A stretch of DNA of 61,814 nt, filler included, from Sphacelaria rigidula (Eukaryota): NCBI GenBank assembly GCA_964200075.2. It is 7 parts of 7 records of this genome, joined end to end, with 100 filler letters (N's around TTAATTAATTAA, not from the genome) between each part and the next. Parts side by side here need not be neighbours in the genome. Positions count along the whole stretch, not along the records: positions 17,692 to 26,436 come from CAXNAA020010212.1; positions 26,537 to 35,281 come from CAXNAA020010213.1; 5 more parts are not named here. One strand, given 5' to 3'. The notes beneath the pieces were generated by a model that was not told the origin of the DNA, did not search any database, and worked only from the letters and a program-made list of their open reading frames with translations. Below are positions 25,185 to 35,381 of the stretch, one piece after another; position 1 is the stretch's first letter; every line of letters begins with the position of its first letter. Both the position numbers and the translations under genes were made by a program.

Positions 25185-25973
25185 CGTCCAACTATCGCGG
25201 GCGAATACCGTACAGCACACAGGATTAACAGGTCGTGAGATATGTCGGCTGTTTCCTCCTCGTTATACGATTTATGTCCCGATCATTTCTCTGCAGACTT
25301 TTTCACTGCAGCAGCGGCGGAGTATAAGTCCATCGAGCAGCCTGCAAGGAAAACACGCGCAGTATAGTGGCATGACTATCGTTTCGTCAACGGATTCAAA
25401 CCCTCGGGGAGGGAATCAATCATCCTAATGTACCTGCTGTCCGTTCTGTACTGTATAGCGTGGTACCTGCTCTGCTGAGCAGAGTATGTCGCTAGGAAGA
25501 GGTGTTGCTCGTCGTGAAGGATGAAGGATGAGTGACGAGGTATTCTACATTGAAATTCTCGATTAGTGCCGCTAGTCATCAATATTAAATATCCACGTCA
25601 ATGGGAAGGAGCTGCGAAGGCTTTCGGTTTCGGTGTAAAACAGGTATCTAACGGGAGCGCAGAACCTCCCTTCTCTTCCGGATATCTATAGGGGTGTTAT
25701 ACCCCGTCACCGACGGTACATGAGATCTGCTGTACTGTAGGATGCGAATTAGCGCAGATTATCGTGTGTGCATACCTTATACTATAGCCAGTGTAGCAAC
25801 GCAAGTACATTCTCACGTGAAGGTGAAAGAGAAGACGGAAGAAATGGCCTGCTGAGGGTGGTCGGCCTGATTGTGCGCGAGAGCTGTCCTTGGTTTGAAA
25901 AACTAAAAATTCAAATCGATGGACAATGGCTACGATACCGAGCAAAATGGAAAACGACACAAGTTGGAAATTA

Positions 25974-26083
25974 CACGGGTGGCCACTGGGGTACCTGCAA
26001 CCTCAAATATGGACGTTACAGACGTTGCACAAGGTCTGTAACGTCCAAATTTGAGGTTACAGGCACCCCAGTGGCCACCCGTG
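25974..26083. mobile_element. 110-bp near-perfect palindromic MITE flanked by TA (Tc1/mariner-type target duplication)
   Basis: TA-CACGGGTGGCCACTGGGGT...ACCCCAGTGGCCACCCGTG-TA, with a stem of about 50 bp and a loop of about 10 nt. Confidence 0.8.
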
Positions 26084-26097
26084 TACGGACGAGTCGC

Positions 26098-26385
26098 AGT
26101 GTTGTCGTCACATCTATTCTGGTCGCCGGTCTACACATTTCGGTATATGTGGGGCGCATCAGCCGGGGTCAAACAGGAGGAAGGTCAACACAACAGGAGC
26201 TTTTTATTTTTTATTTGTTTCTAGTACCCCCACCTTCCTTCTGCGGTGCTTGCCTTTATTTTTTATCGCGAGAGGGGTTCAGCAGTCCCTTTCCCTCGTT
26301 GACCGTCAAGTCGAATTTTGTATACCCATGAAATAATCGCTCTCCACTGTTGGGCATGGTGCGAGAAAAAATCCTATAAAAACAG
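26098..26385. repeat. Dispersed repeat (SINE-like)
   Basis: The 5' part gttgtcg..catctattctgg.cgccggtctacac...gcgca.cagccggggtca also occurs at about 15508-15580. Confidence 0.6.
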
Positions 26386-26436
26386 CCAATCATCTATGTT
26401 GAGGATGGTGCTTTTGATTGAGGATGAGAACCCGGA

Positions 26437-26536
26437 NNNNNNNNNNNNNNNNNNNNNNNNNNNNNNNNNNNNNNNNNNNNTTAATTAATTAANNNNNNNN
26501 NNNNNNNNNNNNNNNNNNNNNNNNNNNNNNNNNNNN
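26437..26536. other. Artificial contig linker
   Basis: N44-TTAATTAATTAA-N44. Confidence 0.98.
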
Positions 26537-28417
26537 CGTGCCGACTACTGTTTTGTTGTTTGGACAGCAGCTCAGGCGATTCTGTCGGAGGGTTTTTTTT
26601 TTTTTCCCAAAAAATATTCAAATGGACGCGGAGGGATATTGAAGACGTATTGAAAGCAACACGGACTTTTCGGACCTCTGCCGAACCTCTGCCGAGCATA
26701 CCACATGCTCCATCCCGAGTTTTTCTTTTTTTTCCTCAGTCCTCGAAACAGGAAGCAAACCGGCCTGAGGCACTAAACAGACCTCCGTACACACCCTAGA
26801 TCTATTCAGTGTGGCGGCGGAGTTGCTCAATTCGCCATGGCGGATCCGAGAAACCCCAAAACGTTGCAGGCACCGCGTTTTCAGTACATCTCGTATTTGC
26901 TCTTGTGTTTGGTGCAGCGGTTTGCCAAGTGCTGCGGCCTCCGCCGTACGCGTCACGAAAACCTGCTTTATTTTCATCTTTAGTTTTTTTTTTTTTTTTG
27001 GTGTGTGGGAAGCGCATGCATCGAACCTCAGTCCAGTCCTCTGCTCCGTTGCCGAGAAAATAGAGTTGAAAGATAGCAAAACATACTCGTACTGCAACGA
27101 GACGCACAACAACACGAGCAGCAGCTTTTATCCTCCTGTCAAATGTTATTTAATATTAAAAAAAAACATTCAGGTCCCCAGGCGTTCCAGTCGTCGCCCA
27201 ATACTTAGCAACGGTCGGCCAAAACTGAGGTCATATTTGGGCGGGGGAGGGGGGGGCATCACTTCCGTGTTGCGTAGAGCTCCTCGGGGTTGTCGGTAGC
27301 GGTGGGCATTACTGTGTGGGTGTCAATTTTTGGGGCGCTGAGTCTTGTGTGCACTGTCAAGGTTAGACCGCGGGTACTCCGTACCAATCTTTCTGAATTC
27401 CAGATTTTGCATCCCTCTTTCGAGCGATTAACTTGCGACCACGACGTGGGTAAACGGCTTTGGTATGCCCAACTGAATCAACTACTCATGCAAATAGAAC
27501 TGAGGAGTTGGGGTAATGTGCTATCGATTGGGTGTACCTCTACTCCGTGTATACAGGCGTGCTGCGTAGGTACTTCTATCCTCACCAAGTAGTGTAGGAC
27601 GCCCGGGCCAAGTCGAGTTGTTCCGGTCATGCCCACCGATCTGTTGCGCGGGTCAGTGAACGAAGATGCGACACAACAAGCTCTTGTTCGGCCGTGCTTG
27701 ATACAAAAAGCGTTTCGATCGTCCCCCTCGCTGAGCAGCAGGGCCCGCACCTACAGGCAAGCCGCGGCGCTGGTATCGCATGTTGCTCCTCCCGCCCCCC
27801 TCGCTCCCACCCCCACTGTTCCTTGACTGTATTCCTCACCGACCCCCGTTGCTGAATTATTATTATTGTTATTTATTTATTTTTAATTTTCAAAATTGGG
27901 TTAGTTGGATCTTTGGTGTAGTCAGCGGGGTCAACTCCCGTTGCCCTCGCACCACCCGCGGTGGTTGCTGCTACCCCTGCTGCACCGGGGTGGGTGACAT
28001 CGCGTCATGGGAACCTACATCTCGTGTTCCGCGGGCAGCGCAGCTCAGCCTGTTGAGGGAAGTGGCTGTTGAGACGCCGATCCCGACTTTCTATCGGAGG
28101 TGCTGTCTTTGTCTGGGTGTTCGCGCAGCTTCTGCCATCTTGTGTTGCACCCAAATTGATTCGAACACGTTCGAGAACCACCACTTGTACTGTACTTGAC
28201 TGTCTTGCACCTGTGCCTGTTCGTTGCCTTGCTCACTATTGGCGAGCGCGGAGTGCATTTTGGGCTTGGGGACTGAACCTAACTGAGCGAGGGTGGGCGG
28301 ATGTGCATCTTGTTCTCTCACAGTGACCCCTACCATCCTGCTCTGTCGTCATCCGCCAATCCGTGACCTGATCCTATAATTCGTCATCCGCCAACACAAA
28401 CCTCAGATTTCTTCGAA
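26537..28417 (-). mobile_element. 5' 1.9 kb of a second, tandem copy of the Ngaro-like element (cut by the contig end)
   Basis: Colinear direct repeat of 33254-35208 with scattered substitutions and indels. It directly abuts the B repeat of the first copy. Confidence 0.75.
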
Positions 28418-29599
28418 ATCCTCCCTTTGGTTCAAGGCTCAAGAATTATGGATTTTTCAAAGACGCAAACAAGACTTGGAAAAATCGAAACCACAACGCA
28501 ATACTCCGAAACGAATCCAAAACAAAAACAAGACACAAGAAAATACACACTGACTCAACCCAGCAGCGACCTCGTCGCAGTGGGTGCGCCAGCTATCGGG
28601 CTAACCCGTGACTTTCTGTTCTTGGTTGTTGACCCGTCCCCTTTTTTCGGGGCTGGTCAACACTTCCCCCCGCACCCCCCGGGGAAAAGGGGAGGGGGAC
28701 TTTTTCAAGCGGACGCAGAGAAGAAAAAAAACGTAGATACACCGAATAAAACCTTTACCACCCCACCAAGATGAAAATGAACAAAACCTGAACAACACGA
28801 AACGAACAACACGAAGCGAACAGAGGAATGAGGAAACGAGAATCAACCGTTCTACCCTTGTTCCACCCTCTCTCGAGTAACAGGGCGGCGGGCGGGCAAA
28901 TTGATTCGAACACGTCCGAGAACCACCACTTGTACTGTACTTGACTGTCTTGCACCTGTGCCTGTTCGTTGCCTTGCTCACCATTGGCGAGCGCGGAGTG
29001 CATTTTGGGCTTGGGGACTGAACCTAACTGAGCGAGGGTGGGCGGATGTGCATTTTGTTCTCTCACAGTGATCCCTACCATCCTGCTGTGTCGCCATCCG
29101 CCACTCCGTGACCTGAACCTATAATTCGTCATCCGCCAACACAAATCTCAGATTTCTTCGAAATCCTACCTTTTGGTCAAGGCTCGAGAATTATGGACTT
29201 TTTAAAGGCGCAAACAAGACTTGGAAAAATCGAAACCACAACGCAATACTCCGAAACGAATCCAAAACAAAAACAAGACACAAGAAAATACAAACTGACT
29301 CAACCCAGCAGCGACCTCGTCGCAGTGGGTGGACTGACTCAACCCAGCAGCGACCTCGTCGCAATGGGTGGACTGACTCTACCCAGCAGCGACCTCGTCG
29401 CAGTGCGTGCGCAAGCCATCGGGCTAACCCATGACTTTCTGTTCTTGGTTGTTGACCTGTCCCCTTTTTTCGTGGCTGGTCAAAACTCCCCCGTTAGGCG
29501 GCCCGATAAGGTGCGCTCCTTCGAAACGTTTCTCAGACCGTTATAGTTAGCTACGTGTTCGTGCCTCTGAAACGAACAGTCAATTCCCGAGGATATCGC

Positions 29600-29890
29600 A
29601 GTTAAGATACACCAACTCCCACCTCGTCAACATCTTATGAAAATGTTGATTGGCAGATAAGTATGATCATACTGTCGAGCTCCGGTTCCCGTGGCAGAAA
29701 ACTCTACTCGCCATGACCGTAGTGAGGGGGATAGGTCATTGTAGATAGCCCTCCATCTTCTCCTCGTAAGAAGGCCTGCTCCCCCCAAGCTTCTCTCCAT
29801 TTGTTTTGCCCATATCTCGAATTGCCCCGTGTAACCCTTCTTGGTACTACTACCTACGGACGCGGGAGCTAACGTTCGTACTAGCTCTTG
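29600..29890 (-). pseudogene. Tyrosine recombinase N-terminal domain remnant
   Basis: SVGSSTKKGYTGQFEIW...HGNRSSTV*SYLSANQHFHKM fits the T..Y...W / T..YLSAI...H pattern of DIRS/Ngaro YR N-domains. The catalytic domain was not seen. Confidence 0.65.
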
Positions 29891-30149
29891 CCATCATGTC
29901 AATGACCGTGTTTTTCTCCTGGTGAGAATTGAGGGGGACAGAAAATGGGGGGAAGGGAGGTGTGGTGCCGAACGGGGCAGCGGAAGTGGCGATTTTATCC
30001 TTTGTTAATTCATATCTTCATTGATGACTGACCACAACTCATCGTCTAGTCGTCTTTTCGGCAGCGGTTTAATTTTGGAGGTCCACGTCGCATATAGGTT
30101 TCCCCCGGGGACCGATGTCCTAATATTTCAAGCCCTGTTCTCCTGTCAG

Positions 30150-31300
30150 TTGAACTTGTTCCGCAGGCCATCTCGGAATTCTGTAGGCCAAGCCAATTGT
30201 CAATACCTCGAGTGTGTTCTGCTATTCGACATCATCCAGATGTAATTTCCATGCGACCCACGATTCTATTGAGGTAACCAACACGTCTGTCTTGAACCCC
30301 ACATTGGTTCATCCACGATATTGTTGAGGCATTGTCGGCCCGTATCAATACTGGTTCTCCCGGTTATGTGGCTTTTCCCCGAAGAAACATCTGGTTAACG
30401 CACGCCGTCATCATCATACCGCACGATTCTACAAGAAGATTGATGGTCATGAAACAGTTTTCTATGACGTTTTGCTTTTCGGACTAGTTCCGACGTGAGA
30501 GCGGGGGGAAACGTATCCCCAGAGTATCTTCAACTCTGGGCAGTATCGTCCAACAGCACAGAAGCTGGCGCCCGTAAAATAGCGTCTTGAGGCCAGCCTA
30601 TCTACCTGGGAAATCAGGGAGGCGCTCAGAGCTTCTCCTTGGTCAGGTAGTTGATGACCGATTGCTCATTTCTACAAAGAGATATCACCATGGAATTTCC
30701 ACCCAAGCTTCAGTTGTATTCTTCTTGTCCTGTTTTCCACAACTGGGTCGATGTAGATCGGATACTCGTAACAGCTGCCAAACAAAATAATTCACCGGCT
30801 CGGACAACCTACGTGAGGTTTCAAAATTTGTTTTTGGCCACACTCAGTATGTCAACAACGGAAGCATGCGACCTGTCCTGGGACCATTCGCGTTTCATCA
30901 ACTCGCGTTTTTTTTTCTTCTCTTTCTTTTTTTAATCGTTTGGGTGGGTACAGAAATACGCATGCTGTGAGTGTTGATCGTGTACCCCAAAGCCTTCGCA
31001 GGGGTATCTCAATCGGTACTTTACTGGGTGCGATGTCGAACGAAATTCATGATGATGCGGACCTTGTTGGTGACAACTGCTCCTAGTGGACCTACCCGTA
31101 AGTGCCTAATTACTGGGGCCGTTGATCGGTTACCACCCAAACATCAGTTCCTCCTCGCGTCTTCCTTTGTTTTTAGACATGTGGGGTGTGACCGTCGATA
31201 CTACTGTGGTTACAAGATTCAAGTGCTCGTCTCAACTCCAGTGCAGTATCTGTCGTGTCTATCTGTACACCGTGTTCGAGTATGTTCGTAAGTTTCTCTA
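30150..31300 (-). pseudogene. DIRS-type RT / RNase H remnant with internal deletion
   Basis: LRVGPLGAVVTNKVRII (RT start) is joined almost directly to ALGYTINTHSMRIS (RT end). It is followed by YFTGASFCAVGRYCPEL, MTINLLVE and GEPVLIRADNASTISWMNQCG (DIRS RNase H motifs D-A-S, I-N-x-L-E, D-N-x-S-x-x-S-W-x-N). Stops and frameshifts are present. Confidence 0.8.
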
Positions 31301-31744
31301 TTTTTGGGAATCGTTCTACTTCTCCAAAATGGTGTTGGACTTCGGCGGTGACACGAGAGTGCCGCCGAGCCTTCGTGTTACGTCTCCAAGGTTCCCATTG
31401 TACAGTCTCATAAATTCTGTGCATGTTGTTGCCATTTTTTCAATGTTCGTAAGTTCATCTGTTTCCGGGAAACGTTCTACTTCTCCAAAATGGTGTTGGA
31501 TTTCACGGAGGTTCATCGGCGATGACACCAGAGTGCCGCCGAGCCTTCCCTCTACGTCTCCAAGGTTTCTGTTGTACAGTCTCATGAATTCTGTGCATGT
31601 CGTTGCCATCTCTTCATGTGTTCGCAATCTGGTTTTAAAAATGTTTTCGTGTATGTATTGTGACCCTGCGCGAGACGTTGAAGACGTCGACCCGCCGTTT
31701 ACTTCTATCCTACTCAGGTTTGTTCCGTCCAGCACTTTTGGAGG

Positions 31745-32345
31745 GGGTTGACAAGGATATGACCTCGTTTTTTTTCTCTTTTTTTTCGGGTACTAGTACG
31801 CGGTTCGGTTGACCCAGTCTGAGTCTGCAGTCGGCGTGCACTATTACTCGAGTTCGTCCCGACTGTTGACGCGGGGTGACAAGGATATGACCTCGTTTCT
31901 TCTTCTCTCTGGGTACTCGTACGCGCTTCGATTGACCCATTGTGCGTCTGCAGTCGGCGTGCACTATTACTCGAGTTTGTCCCGACTGTTGACGCGGGGT
32001 GACAAGGAAATGACCTCGTTTCTGCTTCTCTCAAGGTACTAGTACGCACTTCGATTGACCCATTATGCGTCTGCACTCGGCTTGTACCAATACTCGGAAT
32101 CTGTCCCGACTAAAGACGAAGGGCGACAAGGTATTGTCCTCGTTTCTTTTTCTCTCCAGGTACTAGTACGCGCTTTGATTGACCAATTCTGGGTCTGCAC
32201 TCGGCTTGTACCAATACTCGGAATCTGTCCCGACTTTAGACGGGAGGTGACAAGGAACTGTCCTCGTTTCTTCTTCTCTCCGGGTAGTGGTACGCGCTTT
32301 GATTGACCAATTTTGGGTCTGCACTCGGCTTGTACCAACACTTGG
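31745..32345. repeat. ~123-bp tandem repeat, about 5 copies, inside the retroelement
   Basis: Unit gacaaggatatgacctcgtttc...ggtactagtacgcg...gattgaccc...tctgca.tcggc. The minus strand reads as a repeated ~41-aa peptide (ORFs 31714-32076, 31710-31964, 32063-32359). Confidence 0.9.
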
Positions 32346-35281
32346 GCTTGTCCTAACAAGTTCGCTTATCGGGAGATGGTGAAGTGCTCTTGATTTTCTT
32401 ACCCGGTATATGGCACATCGTACACACGGCCTCTTTTTTTCTTTTCTTTTTCGTTTTTAGGCTGCTATTCTCCTGTTTCTTGCGTCGGTTGGGGTTGGGT
32501 TATCACTATGTTGTCGGAGTTGGGCAGGGTCGTACGGGGCACTTCATTGGATCCTACCAGTTGATGTGTTGCTGCCGATTTTAGAGGCTCGACGCAGTGT
32601 TTTTCGTCAATGTCTCAAGCAATGTGTCCTACCTACTGGCCTATCTGCCTTCCAGGTCAGATCCATGTTTTGGGGCGGTGAACCTGCGGGCACGATGTGG
32701 GGAGGGACGGGTTGTATCGACCTGTAATTGTACCGCTATGCGTCCTGACATTGCTATGGAACTCATGCGAGAGTCTATCCTGACCGATTGACGAAGCCTA
32801 CTATCCTTACTATGTACGACTGTCCCTTTTACACTTGCTGCGTCAGTACTTCTAGCCTCACCGTGAAAGAAATGAGGAGTCACCGACCCAGGTAGAGTTG
32901 CTCCAGCAACGTACTTCTATCCCCATCCTAAAGTTAGTATCACGACACTACAGGATAGAACTGTGGGCACGAATCACATAGCTGGTTTCAGAGATGATCC
33001 ATCCGTTCAATATACCCTGATGGTGACGATTTTGATAGTGTCGCGAGACTTGTGTATCGACCGTGACACTACAACAGTACAGCAGCTCACATTATCACCG
33101 TCGCAGATCAAGCCGTCTTCGCAGGGTTTTAACGCACCACCTCATCGTATCAGCTACAGAACAGGGATGATGAGCCTGGGCTTTTTCGTGGCGAAATTCA
33201 AAACATCCCCTACATCATGATTTTGTTTTTTCAACTTCGACTTGACGGCACTGCGTGCCGAGTACTGTTTTTCGAAACACAATATCAGGACAGCAGCTCA
33301 AGCAACTCTGTCGGAGACATTTTGTTTTTTCTTCTTTTTTGGGCTCGGTCTGGACACACCATAGTTATGGGGGTTTATGAAGGCCTTACCAACCAAAAAC
33401 CCGTTCACCATAATCTATCAAATGGACGCGGGGGGATATTAAAGACGTATTGAAGACAGCATGGATTGTTCGGACCTCTGCCGAGCATAACACATGCTCC
33501 ATCCCAAGTTATCTGGGTTTAGTATGCGACAGCTGTTTTTCTAATTTTTTCTCGTGCAGTCCTCGAAACAAGGAAGCAAACCGGCCTGTGGCACTGAACA
33601 GACCCCCGTACACACCCTAGATCTTTTCAGTGTGGCGGTGGAGTTGCTCAATTCGCCACGGCGGATCCGAAAAGCCCCAAAACGTTGCAGGTAACGCGTT
33701 TTCCAGTACATCTCGTGTTTGCTCTTGTGTTTGGTGCAGCGGTTTGCAAAGTGCTGCGGCCTCCACCGCACGCGTCACGGAAACCTGCTATATTTATGTA
33801 TTTTTTAGTTTTGGTGTGTGGGAAGCGCATGCATCAAACCACAGTCCAATCCTCTGCTTCGTTGCCGAGAAACCAGAATTGAAAGATAGCACAATATACT
33901 GCAACAAGACGCACAACAACACGAGCAGTAGCTTTTATCCTCCTGTTAAATATCCTTTAAAAAAATATTCAGGTCCCCAGGCGTTCCAATCGTTGCCCAA
34001 TACTTAGCATTGGCCGGCCAAAACTGAGGTCATATTTGGGCGGGGGAGGGGGAGGGCATTACTTCCGTGTTGCGTAGAGCTCCTCGGGGCTGTCGGTAGC
34101 GGTGGGCATTGCTGTGTGGGTGTCAATTTTTGGGCGCTGAGTATTGTGTGCACTGTCAAGGTTAGACCGCGGGTGCTTCGTACCGATCTTTCTGAATTCC
34201 ACATTTGCACACCCCTTTGGAGCGATTAACTTGCGATCACGACGTGGGTACAACGGGTTTGATATGCCCAACTGACTTAACTACTCATGCAAATAGTACT
34301 GAGGAGTTGGGGTAATGTACTATCGATTGGGTGTACCTCTACTACGTGTATACAGGCATGCTGCGTTGGTATTTCTATCCTCACCAAGTAGTGTAGGACG
34401 CCCGGGCCAAGTCGAGTTGTTCCGGTCATGCCCACCGATCTGTCGCGCGGGTCAGTGAAGGAAGATGCGACACAACAAGCTCTTCTTCGGCCGTGCTTGA
34501 TACAAAAAGCTTTTCGACCGGCCCCCTCGCTGAGCAGCAGGGCCCGCACCTACCAGCAAGCCTCGGCGCTGGTATCGCATGCTCCCCCTCCCGCCCCCCT
34601 CGCTCCCACCCTCACTGTTCTTGACTGTATTCCACACCGACCCCCGTTGCTCGTTGCTGAATTTTTCTATTTTTTGAAATTTCAAAATTGGGTTTGTTAG
34701 GTCTTCGGTGTAGTCGGCGGATTCAACCCCCGTTGCCCTCGCACTTCCTGCGGTGGTTGCTGCTACCCCTGCTGCACCGGGGTGGGTGACATCGCGTCAT
34801 GGAACCTACATCTCGTGTACCGTGGGCAGCGCAGCTCAGCCTGTTGAGGGAAGTGGCTGCTGAGACGCCGATCCCGACTTTCTATCGGCGGTGGTGTCCT
34901 TGTCTGGGTGTTCGCGCAGCTTCTGCCATCTTGTGTTGTACCCAAATTGTTTCGAACACGTTCGAGAACCACCACTTGTACTGTATCTGAATATCTTGCA
35001 CCTGTGCCTGTTCGTTGCCTTGCTCACTATTGGCGAGCGCGGAGTGCATTTTGGGCTTGGGGACTGAACATAACTGAGCGAGGGTGGGCGCATGTGCAGT
35101 TTGTTCTCTCACAGTGATCCTCACCATCCTGCTGTGTCGTCATCCACCACCCCGTGACCTGATCCTATAATTCGTCATCCGCCAACACAAACCTCAGATT
35201 TCTTCGAACAAGGGGCCGTACAGACTGGAATACGCTATTCACCGCCCCAAATTCCCGAAAACCTCATTCTGGGCGACGGGT

Positions 35282-35381
35282 NNNNNNNNNNNNNNNNNNN
35301 NNNNNNNNNNNNNNNNNNNNNNNNNTTAATTAATTAANNNNNNNNNNNNNNNNNNNNNNNNNNNNNNNNNNNNNNNNNNNN
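35282..35381. other. Artificial contig linker
   Basis: N44-TTAATTAATTAA-N44. Confidence 0.98.

Larger units (their letters stand above)
28418..35208 (-). mobile_element. Decayed tyrosine-recombinase retrotransposon (DIRS order, Ngaro-like split direct repeats)
   Basis: Minus-strand order is A1 (34943-35208), ORF remnants, B1 (~29163-29490), A2 (28897-29162), spacer, B2 (~28418-28665). Coding remnants of RT, RNase H and the YR N-terminus lie in the correct order. Confidence 0.82.

Noticed and set aside
25768..26331. 187-aa ORF
   Set aside because: It runs through a palindromic MITE and a dispersed repeat, so it is probably a chance open frame.
26537..35208. Ty3/gypsy or copia element with 1.9-kb LTRs
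   Set aside because: The coding remnants are DIRS-type RT/RNase H plus YR, no integrase was seen, and the repeat layout fits split direct repeats.
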